Assembly: GCA_021844945.1 (NCBI GenBank)
Contig: JAKBSJ010000002.1
Location: forward strand, 38,965 to 102,964
Source of the DNA: Thermoplasmata archaeon
GTDB taxonomy: Archaea > Thermoplasmatota > Thermoplasmata > Lutacidiplasmatales > UBA184
Length of the DNA: 64,000 nt
Reading direction: 5' to 3'
Made by a program: the position numbers and the translations under genes. The notes under the pieces are model-generated. The model ran no database searches. It saw only the letters and a program-made list of their open reading frames with translations, and had not been told where the DNA came from. Shown one piece after another: positions 37,101 through 45,373 of this stretch (its first letter is position 1; each line of letters begins with the position of its first letter).

Positions 37101-37435
37101 CCCCCGCACAATCGCCCCCCGCGGGGCGGCTTCCGCGAAGACGGAGGCTCCGAACCGCTCGACACGCGTCGCGGGGTGCTTCCAGGCGTCCGGGGCGAGA
37201 CCGGCCTTCTCGCACGTCGCGCAGAGGAAGCTCGTCGCGTCGAACCCCTCCTCGACGGCGACCTGCGGCAAGAGCAGCCCGCTCGCCCCGGGAACGGAGA
37301 CGATCAGTCCGTGCCGGCCGACCACGACACCGCGCTTCCGCTCGTCCGCGGTCGTCCCGGGGACGAGCTCGGGCCGGGTCAGCAGGGAGACCTCGACGGT
37401 CAGTGCGTCGATCTCATCGGACGCGACGGGCCTGA
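34103..37435 (+). CDS. ileS: Isoleucyl-tRNA synthetase with an unusual Arg-rich C-terminal tail of about 118 aa
   Basis: HIGH-type motif PHTGH, KMSKS motif KKMSKSKGN, editing-domain insertion, IleRS-like length up to about residue 990. The ORF then continues without a stop until 37435, antisense to AMMECR1. Confidence 0.9.
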   Translation: MRTAMPADEEASSGSPAPMDLQTKVADYWSRTGVIERALSGAGSGPAFRFTEGPPTANGRPHTGHMMPGTLKDVQLRYRRMQGYRIVTPMAGWDCHGLGVEIEIEKKLGVRTRHDIEAYGIDRFCAECRTSTLAVAAAWQEMYRRLGYWLDYDHAYQTMAPPYIESVWWSLKTLFDRGLVEKGHYVLPYCPRCETTLSSHEVAQGYKETVDPSVTVRFPLRTEGGPPRDLLVWTTTPWTLVSNVFVVARADLPYAVVREADGREVVLAEAAIPRYFPSPPEIVARLTGEQLKGLEYDPPFPFVPDAPGRFRILVDDMVDVTEGTGFVHGAPSFGPDDYRIGEREKLGTFDPLTSRGVFTSQIPLVENRFFKSADPVLIEDLERRGRLYRHDTLRHTYPFCWRCGTPLLYRAIDSWFVRSSRFSDAMVRNNANVTWVPAHVRDGRFGNFLTEAKDWALSRSRYWGTPLPVWVCPQGHPTCIGSYAELAKVWGRPLPDDFDPHRVGVDPIEFPCPTCGQPAHREPYTIDVWYDSGSAPFAQYHYPFDVGTFDPAAPLDYVAEGIDQTRGWFYTMHVLATALFARPAYRAAVATGMGLDDVGKKMSKSKGNVVDPIDILTRIGGDAVRWYLLNLDFTEGVRMSESEMRAQAARSLGLLTNVVAFYLQNARADRLAPSHEAPSSTDLLDRWILSRFEGTRQRVESSLESFDPRPGAGALKAFIDDLSTWYLRRSRPRFWAEAGTPERAAAHATLGYVLHSLSRVLAPFSPYTAEWIAQELADRPWAEAGSSVHLDRWPTPRPALRDDMLEAGMDELRALVEVGRELRQRAGVRARIPLAELVLFGAPSERLEALGSEGEALLAAELNVRTVRWDPTPGPDRFPKDAWVIRVEGDRRVAALPRAPTPELLEEGMVREVLRRLQQRRKELGLAFTDPIELALAAPASLRDALERRRATLERELLAEVVDLVEDLPAASPEDRTWEVDGVRFSARVARRTERATPTSPAQSPPAGRLPRRRRLRTARHASRGASRRPGRDRPSRTSRRGSSSRRTPPRRRPAARAARSPRERRRSVRAGRPRHRASARPRSSRGRARAGSAGRPRRSVRRSHRTRRA

Positions 37436-37691
37436 AACGGGGGTCCTCGAGCGCTGCGGCGACGGCCGCGAGGTCGATCGCCCGTCCCCGAGGGTGGGTC
37501 GGCAACGGGAAACCGACGCACCCGCGCAGCCCCCCTTCCGGATAGGTACGAAGCGTGACGAACGCGCCGCCCGGCTCCGTCCACGCCGGCTCGTCCGAGA
37601 GAGCCCAGAGGGGGGATTGGATTCCGAGGGCATGCTCGATGGCGGTGCGGGCCCGGCGTACCGCGGACTGACCGATCGGATCGGGTATCAT
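37056..37691 (-). CDS. AMMECR1 domain protein
   Basis: Family motif LRGCVGFP and overall AMMECR1-like sequence. Its 3' end overlaps the ileS ORF. Confidence 0.75.
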   Translation of the reverse strand: MIPDPIGQSAVRRARTAIEHALGIQSPLWALSDEPAWTEPGGAFVTLRTYPEGGLRGCVGFPLPTHPRGRAIDLAAVAAALEDPRFRPVASDEIDALTVEVSLLTRPELVPGTTADERKRGVVVGRHGLIVSVPGASGLLLPQVAVEEGFDATSFLCATCEKAGLAPDAWKHPATRVERFGASVFAEAAPRGAIVRGMSASRAPSAGPLAR

Positions 37692-37736
37692 CGCCGGTAG
37701 GAGGCCGACGCGCGCGATATTCCTATCGGTCGCCGT

Positions 37737-38777
37737 TCAACCGGAACCGGCGAGCGGCAGGACCGCGTTCGCGTCCGGACGGGTGGGGAGCGAGGCGTCC
37801 AGCTCGAAGATCGCGCGGACCACCTCGCGGCCGCGCGCGGTGATGCGGTACTCCTCGCCCTCGTGGGTCAGCAGACCCCCGTCGACGAGTCTCCGCAGGT
37901 GGAAGGCGAGCTTGGGGGAGTCGTCCAGGCCAGCGGCGTGCATCGCCTCGGAGAAGGAGATCGGCCCCTGGAGGGCTCGCTGCAAGACCGCGCGCCGCAG
38001 GGGGTTGGCGATTGCTTCCAGCGTCTCACGCGTCTCGGAGGAGGCGACGGTGGCCGTCAGCGCGCGTACGTCCGCCGCGCCCAGGCGCGAAGGGTCGTAG
38101 GAGATCACGAATGGCCCGTGTCCGTTCATCGCCTCGGTCATCGTCCCCACGATCGGGAGGATGTCCGCGCGACGGTGGTGCGTGAAGCATCGATCGACTT
38201 CCTCCAACAGCACCGCGGCGACCGGATGCGCCTGGGCGAACTCGCGGATCGTCCGGGCGATCTCGGAGGGGTTCTCGTAGTCCGGCACGATGTGCGTGAA
38301 CCGAGGACGCGCCGCGGGAGCGTGCGGCGAGAGGACCAGCACCGAGAGCTCCGGCCGAGCCCCCCATTCCCGCAAGAGGTGGTCGAGGTCGCCCCGCCGC
38401 CCCGAGGGTCTACGGAACTCCAGCATTCCGCGAGCGGCCTCCAGGACCTTCTGGACCTGTTCGATCTGGAACGGTTTGCGTATGTAGTCGAAGGCGCCGG
38501 CCTTCAGCGCCTCGACCGCGGTTTCGACCGTGGCGAAGCCCGTGACCATCACGACGAGGGTCTGCGGCCAACGCGTCCGGACCTCCTTCAGCAATTCGAG
38601 ACCGCTGTGCCGTGGCATCTTGAGGTCGGTGAAGACGACGTCGACGTCCCGGGCCTCGAGCTCTTCGAGGGCTTTGGGCACCGAAGCGGCGATGGCGACC
38701 TCGTGGCCGTCCGCCTCGAGAAGGTCACCGAGCTCCTGCCGGAAGATCGCATCGTCGTCGACCACGAGAATGCGCAT
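37737..38777 (-). CDS. Response regulator: receiver domain, unassigned middle domain and ArsR-type wHTH
   Basis: Start moved to MRILVVDDD (ATG 38777). Phospho-acceptor context VVFTDLKMP, then KPF. C-terminal PLRRAVLQRAL..SFSEAMHAAGLDDSPKLAFHLRRLVDGGLL wHTH. Confidence 0.75.
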   Translation of the reverse strand: MRILVVDDDAIFRQELGDLLEADGHEVAIAASVPKALEELEARDVDVVFTDLKMPRHSGLELLKEVRTRWPQTLVVMVTGFATVETAVEALKAGAFDYIRKPFQIEQVQKVLEAARGMLEFRRPSGRRGDLDHLLREWGARPELSVLVLSPHAPAARPRFTHIVPDYENPSEIARTIREFAQAHPVAAVLLEEVDRCFTHHRRADILPIVGTMTEAMNGHGPFVISYDPSRLGAADVRALTATVASSETRETLEAIANPLRRAVLQRALQGPISFSEAMHAAGLDDSPKLAFHLRRLVDGGLLTHEGEEYRITARGREVVRAIFELDASLPTRPDANAVLPLAGSG

Positions 38778-38866
38778 GTGGCCGCGGGGAACGTCGAACC
38801 CCCCATCACCCTTGCGCAGAACCGGGGGGGTCGACGGCGCTCGCGTCGACGACGGAGGGGAGGGTG

Positions 38867-40336
38867 TCACGGATGCGCCTCCGCTCGCACGAGCGGGAGG
38901 CGGACGGTGAATCGGGCGCCGCTGTCCGGCACGTTCGCGACCGTGATGGTCCCTTGGTGGCTCTGGACGATGCCGTGGCAGATAGCGAGACCCAACCCCG
39001 TACCCTTCCCTTCCGGCTTGGTCGTGAAGAACGGCTCGAAGATGTGCGGTAGCGCGCTGGCCGAGATGCCGGCGCCGCTGTCGGTGACCTCGACCACGGC
39101 CTCGTTCCCGTCGCCGCGCACTTCGACGAGGATCCGACCGGGGCCATCGATCGCCTCGTAGGCGTTGTTCAGCAGATTCGTCAGCACCTGGATCAACTGG
39201 CCCCGATCGCCGCGGATCGGCCACGACCCGGGGGCGTAGCGCGTGTCGATCTCGACGTCCGCGCTCTGCTTCCCGCGCACGAACTCCACCGCGTCGCGTG
39301 TGACTTGGACGAGATCCAGCGAGCTGAAGTTCGGTTCGGACCGACGGGCGAAATCGAGCAGGCCCCGGACGATCCGGTCCGCGCTCTCCACCTGAGCCGT
39401 GATCGTGTCGATCCGAGCGCGTATCCAGGGATCGGAGGCGCGACGGCGGATGCTCTCGGCGATGAGCATGACGTTGGCGAGGGGAGTGTTGATCTCGTGA
39501 GCCACGCCGGCGGCGAGTTGGCCGATCGATGCGAGGCGATCGCTATGGGCGGCGGACTGCTCCCATCGACGCCGTTCGGATAGATCGACCGCGACGCCCA
39601 CGTAGTGGGTGGTCTCATTCTGATCGTTCTTAACGGCGGTGATCGTGAGAAGGACGGGGCGTTCCTGGCCGCGACGGTCCCGGTTCATGATCTCGCCGGA
39701 CCAGTGTCCGATCGCAGGGTTCAGCAGATCGGCCCACATTCGCTCGTAGATCTCGGGACGGCTGCGGCGGCTGCGGACGAGGTTCGGTTTCCGGCCGATG
39801 CACTCCGCGCGCGAGTATCCGTAGATCTGCTCGAACGCCGGGTTCACGTCGATGAGGACACCCGCGGGGTCGGTGATTTCCATCGCGTTCGAGCTCGTCA
39901 GGAATGCCTCGTAGAAGAGGCGCCCCTGCTCCTCGTCCTTGGTGCCTTGGACCGGCACGACGGTCAAGAGCCACTTTCCGATGGGTCCGCTCCGCACGTA
40001 GATGTCCAAGTGGCTTGCGCTGCTCACGGGCCGGCGACCCGGGCGAGCGAGCCGAGCGCGATAGGATTGATCCGGACTCGGCTCGGAGGCGACAATGGTT
40101 CGGAGACGGGGATCGTCCTCCCATCCTGGTATCCGGTCCACGGAGGCCGGTGCCGGGCGGACATCCGGCGCCACCAGCCGATCAAAGTGAGGGTTCCGCC
40201 AAGCGATCCGGCCCCCGGGGCTCACGAGCGCGACACCATACGGGAGCTCATTGAGGAGCTCGGGCGCGAATGTTTCGATCGGCTCCATGCGCGCTCCCGC
40301 TCGCTCGGGGTACAACCGAGGGTTATACAGTGTCAC
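38867..40336 (-). CDS. PAS-PAS sensor histidine kinase (no TM segments seen)
   Basis: Two PAS-like segments, H-box AAGVAHEINTPL, N-box NLLNNAYEA, G-boxes TDSGAGI and GTGLGLAI. The start may be the internal Met 17. Confidence 0.8.
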   Translation of the reverse strand: MTLYNPRLYPERAGARMEPIETFAPELLNELPYGVALVSPGGRIAWRNPHFDRLVAPDVRPAPASVDRIPGWEDDPRLRTIVASEPSPDQSYRARLARPGRRPVSSASHLDIYVRSGPIGKWLLTVVPVQGTKDEEQGRLFYEAFLTSSNAMEITDPAGVLIDVNPAFEQIYGYSRAECIGRKPNLVRSRRSRPEIYERMWADLLNPAIGHWSGEIMNRDRRGQERPVLLTITAVKNDQNETTHYVGVAVDLSERRRWEQSAAHSDRLASIGQLAAGVAHEINTPLANVMLIAESIRRRASDPWIRARIDTITAQVESADRIVRGLLDFARRSEPNFSSLDLVQVTRDAVEFVRGKQSADVEIDTRYAPGSWPIRGDRGQLIQVLTNLLNNAYEAIDGPGRILVEVRGDGNEAVVEVTDSGAGISASALPHIFEPFFTTKPEGKGTGLGLAICHGIVQSHQGTITVANVPDSGARFTVRLPLVRAEAHP

Positions 40337-40396
40337 CAGGTCAACTCTACCGCACCGGAGGATTATACCTTGAAGCCCGCCCCCTCGAGGTCGGTG

Positions 40397-40840
40397 ATGC
40401 CGCGCCCTATCGTCCTTGTCGCGGAGACCTCGAGCCTCGGTGCGGCTCTGCTCGGCCTGCTCGAGGCGGAGGGATACTCGGTACGGTCCGTTCCGAGCGC
40501 GAGGGCCGCCCAGACCGTTCTCCGTCGCCCCGGTAGTGAGCTAGCGACTTTGATCGTGGCCAGCAATGCCTGGAGCTCCGAGACCGTGAGCCGTTGGACC
40601 GCGGGTGCGCTGGGCCTCCGTCCGCTCGTCCTGGTCGGAACTCGGGACGCACACCAGCGTGGCCACGGTGATCTCTACGTCATCCATCTACCGGTGCGCC
40701 CGGCTCAACTTCTATCGGTGGTGCATCGTGCGACCAGCGAGCCCGTGATGAGCCGACCCGCCCCCGCGCGCTCGGGCTCTCCACGGAAGGAGTCGCGGCC
40801 GCGCCGAACGGTCGGCTCGCGCGAAGGAGATCATGCGTAG
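40397..40840 (+). CDS. Receiver-like protein lacking the canonical acidic pocket (pseudo-receiver), low confidence
   Basis: The beta-alpha pattern IVLVAETS / LIVASNAWS / LVLVGT mimics a REC fold, but the DD and phospho-Asp positions are replaced. Third-position G+C is about 74%. Divergent from the kinase gene. Confidence 0.35.
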   Translation: MPRPIVLVAETSSLGAALLGLLEAEGYSVRSVPSARAAQTVLRRPGSELATLIVASNAWSSETVSRWTAGALGLRPLVLVGTRDAHQRGHGDLYVIHLPVRPAQLLSVVHRATSEPVMSRPAPARSGSPRKESRPRRTVGSREGDHA

Positions 40841-40899
40841 ACTTCGGTTGACCAGAGGTTCATGTATCGTGCGGGCAACGTTCGCCGCACGGTGCGTTC

Positions 40900-42849
40900 A
40901 TGTCCGCATCCAATAGCTCCCGCGCTCCCGCTACCAATGGCTCTCTGCCTCCATCGGGAGCCCCCCTTCGCCGTGAGGTGAGCCTGGGTGGGCTGACCGC
41001 GATCGTGGTCGGCGCGATCATCGGGTCGGGGATCTTCGCACTCGCGGCCACGATGGGATCGGTCGCCGGCCCGGCGGCGATCATCGCGCTCGTGCTCCTC
41101 GGCGTTGTGGTGGTCCTTCTCGCCTTGCCGTACGCCGAGCTCGGCTCGGCGTTCCCGATCACCGGCGGGCCCTATTCGCTCCCCCGCCGCGCCCTCGGCA
41201 ACTTCGCCGGGTTCATGATGGGGTGGGGCTATTTCCTCTACGCGTTCATCGGCACGGCTGCAATTATTGACGTTTTCGTCGAGTATTTGGGGACGTACGT
41301 CCCCGGGCTCACCTACAGCACGACGTTCGGACTCACGATCTCCTACCTCGGCGTGCTGGTGGCCGTCGTCTTCCTCGTCGTTTACACTCTGATCAACATC
41401 GCCGGGATCAAATGGGGGTCGATCTTCGCCGTCGTGACGACCTGGGCGAAGATCATCCCACTCGTGCTGTTCGGGGTCATCGGCCTTTTGTTCCTGCGCG
41501 CCGGGAATTTCACCGCCTTCGGCTTTGCCCCGTTCGGCTGGACCGGGGTCGCGTTCGCCATGGCCCTGACCTTCTTCGCGATGACCGGCTTCGAGTCCGG
41601 GACGATCCCCGCCGAAGAGGTCAAGGACGCGAAGCGCAACATTTGGCGGGCGACCGTTTACGGCGTCCTGATCGTCATCGCGATCTACATACTCGTCGCG
41701 GTCGCCTTCATCGGCGGCATCAACTGGAGCGCCGTCGGCATTCCCACGGGGGACTGGAGCGCTACGAGCTCGCTATTGTTGAACAACATCGCGAACGGTT
41801 GGGGACTCGTGATCCTGGGCACGGTCGTGGTGGCCGGGGCCCTAATCTCGACGCTCGGAGCGGGGGGTGACTGGGTGCTGCTACAGGGACGAATGCCCTA
41901 CGCGATGGCGAAGGACAACCTGTTCTTCAAGTCCCTCGCCCGGGTGAGCCCCCGCTTCGGCACCCCCGCGGTCGCGCTGATCTTCGCGAGCGTGCTCACG
42001 GGGGTCTTCCTCGTCGCGCTCCCTAGCTTCCCGCCCGTCGCGCTGCTCGCCTCGATCACCACGCTGATCCCGTACGCCGCGGCATCGCTGGCGCTGGTCG
42101 TCTTGCGTCGCAACGAGCCGAACGTCGATCGGCCCTTCCGTCTCCCGGGGGCGTGGGTTTGGGCGCCGGCGGCGTTCGTCGTGGCGACGGTCCTCGTCTA
42201 CTGGGCAAGCTGGCCCTGGACCCTGCTGGGCGTCTTTCTGATGCTCATGGGGGTACCGCTGTACTTCTTGTTCACGCAGCCGTCGTTCCGAGCGACGGCG
42301 AAGCTGCTGGAGATCGGAGTGGTCACGCTCGCGCTGATCGTCGTGGGCTTCCTCATGGTCTACGCCTTCCCCGCATCGTCGTTCACGCTCGATGGGATCG
42401 CCGGCTGGCCGGTCATCGGGACGGTCCTGATCTTCGTGGGCATCCCCGCGTACTTCCTGACGCTGATGTTCCGTCGGACGACGTTCTACGAGTCGAAATC
42501 GGTCTATTGGATCGCCACCTACGTCGGCGGGGTCGCGGTCATCAGCTACATCGGAAATCCGTTCTTCGTCTACGAGAACTTCCTCGCTCCCCCGACCTGG
42601 CCGGTCACGATCCAGCCCATGGGCGTCATCAATACGCCTTGGGACCTCGTCGTGCTGGTCCTCTTCGGGATTGCGATGTTCGTTTGGGGGTACCGTTCGG
42701 CGCTGCGGCCCGGGGAGGACCTACAACCGGTCTCGGAGTCGGCCGCGGTAGCGGTTCCCGGGCCGGCGGCCGCCCTCCCCGTCGAGTCGTCGGCACCACG
42801 GACCTCCGGCGCGGAGACCCTCCCGCCGACCACGACGGACGGTGCCTAG
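40900..42849 (+). CDS. APC-superfamily amino acid/polyamine permease with extra C-terminal TM helices
   Basis: 12-TM APC-like N-terminal region of about 440 aa (GAIIGSGIF motif), then about 4 extra TM helices and a Pro/Ala/Ser-rich tail. Confidence 0.7.
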   Translation: MSASNSSRAPATNGSLPPSGAPLRREVSLGGLTAIVVGAIIGSGIFALAATMGSVAGPAAIIALVLLGVVVVLLALPYAELGSAFPITGGPYSLPRRALGNFAGFMMGWGYFLYAFIGTAAIIDVFVEYLGTYVPGLTYSTTFGLTISYLGVLVAVVFLVVYTLINIAGIKWGSIFAVVTTWAKIIPLVLFGVIGLLFLRAGNFTAFGFAPFGWTGVAFAMALTFFAMTGFESGTIPAEEVKDAKRNIWRATVYGVLIVIAIYILVAVAFIGGINWSAVGIPTGDWSATSSLLLNNIANGWGLVILGTVVVAGALISTLGAGGDWVLLQGRMPYAMAKDNLFFKSLARVSPRFGTPAVALIFASVLTGVFLVALPSFPPVALLASITTLIPYAAASLALVVLRRNEPNVDRPFRLPGAWVWAPAAFVVATVLVYWASWPWTLLGVFLMLMGVPLYFLFTQPSFRATAKLLEIGVVTLALIVVGFLMVYAFPASSFTLDGIAGWPVIGTVLIFVGIPAYFLTLMFRRTTFYESKSVYWIATYVGGVAVISYIGNPFFVYENFLAPPTWPVTIQPMGVINTPWDLVVLVLFGIAMFVWGYRSALRPGEDLQPVSESAAVAVPGPAAALPVESSAPRTSGAETLPPTTTDGA

Positions 42850-42868
42850 GGAAGGGAGGGTCGCGGCG

Positions 42869-44170
42869 ATGGCGAATCGAGCGCGAGCCGAGTGGGATCC
42901 GCTCCGGGAGGTGCTCATCCATCGACCCGGGATCGAGATGTTCTTCGGGTTGACCGAGCCGTACTCGTTCCTCTACGAGCGGGCCTTCAGCATCGACGAG
43001 GCGATCTACGAGCACACGACGCTCGAGCACGCGCTCACCGAGGCCGGGGTCGAGGTGCAGCGCCTCAAGCGCTTCGCCGTCGACGTCGAGGCGAAGCATC
43101 CAGACTTCCTCGACCGCGTGCGCAACGCAATCCTCGGCATCGTCCACTACACGGGGCCGAAGGCGATGGTCGAGCGCTCGAAGCTAGCACTCCGCCGCAA
43201 TCTCGACCGGTTCGACGCCGAGACCCTGTTCAACTTCCTGCTGCTGCGCCCGTCGGTCCATCTTGAACGGCATCCGGGTTACCGGATCGTTCTTCCCGAA
43301 GTGCGCCTGGAGGTGCCGCTCGCGAACCTGTACTTCATGCGGGACCAGCAGGCGCTCAGCCACGGCGGGTTCATCCTCGGGCGGATGTCCAAGCCGCAAC
43401 GGGCGAACGAGCCGCTGCTCACGGGCACGCTCCTCAAAGTAGGGGGGTGCGACATCGCCGGCGAGGTGCGGCCCCCCGGAACCTTCGAAGGAGGGGATTT
43501 CATGCCGATGGGCTCCTTCGCCCTCATCGGGAACGGTGACCGGACCAATGCGGCCGGCATCCGTCAGATCTTGGCGATGCCGATCGGCTTCGACGAGGTC
43601 GGCGTCGTCCACCAACCGAGCCATCCGGCGATCCCCGGCAACGAGCTCGACCCAATGATCGATATGCACCTCGATACGTACTTCAACGTCCCAGGCGAGG
43701 GTCTGGCCGTCGGCTGCACACCGCTCCTGAACGCGGCGCGGGTCGACGTCTACCATCGCCACGGTCGCCGCGGCCTCGTCCGCGAGCCGAAGACCGTGTC
43801 GTTGACCGAGTACTTGAAGGCGAAACACTTCGACGTAATCCCGATCTCGACACTCGAGCAGATGAGCTACGCGTCGAACTTCCTTTGCCTCAAGGATCGC
43901 CACATCCTCGCGGTCGAGGTCGAGCAGGAGATCGACCGGGTGCTGGCGACCCTCGCCCAGAGCGCCCGGGCCGATCCGCGCCGCTACAACGGCTTGCTAC
44001 GGTTGGCGCGACGGGAGCGGGCGGAGTTGAGCGAACGGAACGAGTTCTTCCCGCATCTGGCCGCTCTGCGCGATCACGGGGTCGAGGCCACGCCGCTCGG
44101 GCTCCGCGAGATCACCGGCGGATACGGTGGCGCGCACTGCATGACGTGCGTCCTGCGGCGCTCATCGTAG
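42869..44170 (+). CDS. arcA: Arginine deiminase family enzyme
   Basis: ADI-type blocks NLYFMRDQ, FEGGDFMP, DMHLDTYFN and a C-terminal GGAHCMTCVLRR carrying the catalytic Cys. Start moved to MANRARAEW. Confidence 0.7.
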   Translation: MANRARAEWDPLREVLIHRPGIEMFFGLTEPYSFLYERAFSIDEAIYEHTTLEHALTEAGVEVQRLKRFAVDVEAKHPDFLDRVRNAILGIVHYTGPKAMVERSKLALRRNLDRFDAETLFNFLLLRPSVHLERHPGYRIVLPEVRLEVPLANLYFMRDQQALSHGGFILGRMSKPQRANEPLLTGTLLKVGGCDIAGEVRPPGTFEGGDFMPMGSFALIGNGDRTNAAGIRQILAMPIGFDEVGVVHQPSHPAIPGNELDPMIDMHLDTYFNVPGEGLAVGCTPLLNAARVDVYHRHGRRGLVREPKTVSLTEYLKAKHFDVIPISTLEQMSYASNFLCLKDRHILAVEVEQEIDRVLATLAQSARADPRRYNGLLRLARRERAELSERNEFFPHLAALRDHGVEATPLGLREITGGYGGAHCMTCVLRRSS

Positions 44171-44342
44171 CCGCCCATCGCTCAAGTCCGAGCCGGGTTC
44201 GGACGCCCCGCTCGTTCGGAGGCCGGCAACCTTTGCGGCGAGCGCGGCCGGGGGGCCCTCCCTCCTCCACCGAGAATCCGGGCCGGCTCGTCAACCCGGC
44301 TTGAGCCGACGAAGATGCCCTCGCCGGTCGTTCGCACTTTTG

Positions 44343-45151
44343 ATGAGCGAGATGGCAGCGTGGAGCGAGCTGTTCGACTTCCGCGGAAAGGTGGCGGTCG
44401 TGACCGGAGGGGCCGCCGGAATCGGAGAGGGGATCGCGCGACGGCTCGCCGCCCAGAACGCCTCGGTCGTCGTCGCCGATGTCGACGAGGCGAAGGGACG
44501 CGCCACCTCTCAGGCGATCGCCTCCCTCGGACCGGGACGGCCGCTGTTCGTGCGGACCGACGTGAGCGACCCGGCGGCGGCCCGGGAGCTCGTCGCGACG
44601 ACCGTGCACGAACGGGGGCGGCTCGATCTCCTCGTCAACAACGCGGGGATCTTCCCGTTCGCGCCGGCGCTCGATGTGACGCCGGAGCTGTGGGACCGCG
44701 TGATCAACATCAACCTGCGCGGCACATTCTTCCTGACGCAGGCCGCCGCGCGCCAGATGAAGGCGCAGGGCTCCGGCGGGAGCGTCGTGAACATCGCGTC
44801 GGTCGACGCGATGCACCCGACCGGCCAGCTGTCGCCGTACGACGCCTCGAAAGGGGGCGTGCGCATGCTGACGCGCTCGCTCGCCGTCGAGCTCGCGCCG
44901 CTCGGAATCCGCGTCATGCGATCGCTCCGGGCTCGATCCAGACGCCGGGCGCCGCCGCGATGACCTCCTCGGTGCTGCCGGCCGGGGCGAACGCCGCGGC
45001 GCTCGCCCAAGCGTTCCTCGCGCGGATCCCTCTCCATCGGATGGGCGAGCCGGACGACATCGCGCGGGCCACGCTCTTCCTGCTCGCTCCGGCCTCGAGC
45101 TACGTCACCGGAGTGACGCTCGTCGTCGACGGAGGCTACCTTCTGTCGTAG
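44343..45151 (+). pseudogene. Short-chain dehydrogenase/reductase (SDR) interrupted by a -1 frameshift near 44916
   Basis: Frame 1 carries TGGAAGIG, NNAG and YDASK, then degenerates after LGIRV. The +1 frame continues with AIAPGSIQTPG...YVTGVTLVVDGG. The expected IRVNAIAPG would need one extra A in cgcgtcATgcg. Confidence 0.75.
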
Positions 45152-45175
45152 GCCTCGCTCGCCCCCGTCGGCCCT

Positions 45176-45185
45176 TATTTATAGG
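45176..45185 (+). promoter_or_regulatory. TATA box for rpl40e
   Basis: ttatttatag lies 27 nt upstream of ATG 45212. Confidence 0.5.
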
Positions 45186-45211
45186 GGGCGGGGGTCCCGC
45201 CCCGCGCACCG

Positions 45212-45364
45212 ATGCCGTTCCCCGAGGCCGTCCACCGTCTGCTGGACAAGAAAATCTGCATGAACTGCTCGGCCCGGAACCCCCCGAAGGCCGTGCGGTG
45301 CCGAAAGTGCGGCTACAAGGGCCTTCGGGTCAAGTCCCGCGAACGCTCGGGGAAGACCCAGTAA
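45212..45364 (+). CDS. rpl40e: 50S ribosomal protein L40e (50 aa), absent from the ORF track
   Basis: Hand translation: [51 protein letters not shown]-x2-C...C-x2-C zinc ribbon and the L40e-like ICM.C.ARN motif. Confidence 0.8.
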   Translation: MPFPEAVHRLLDKKICMNCSARNPPKAVRCRKCGYKGLRVKSRERSGKTQ

Positions 45365-45373
45365 GCCACCGGG

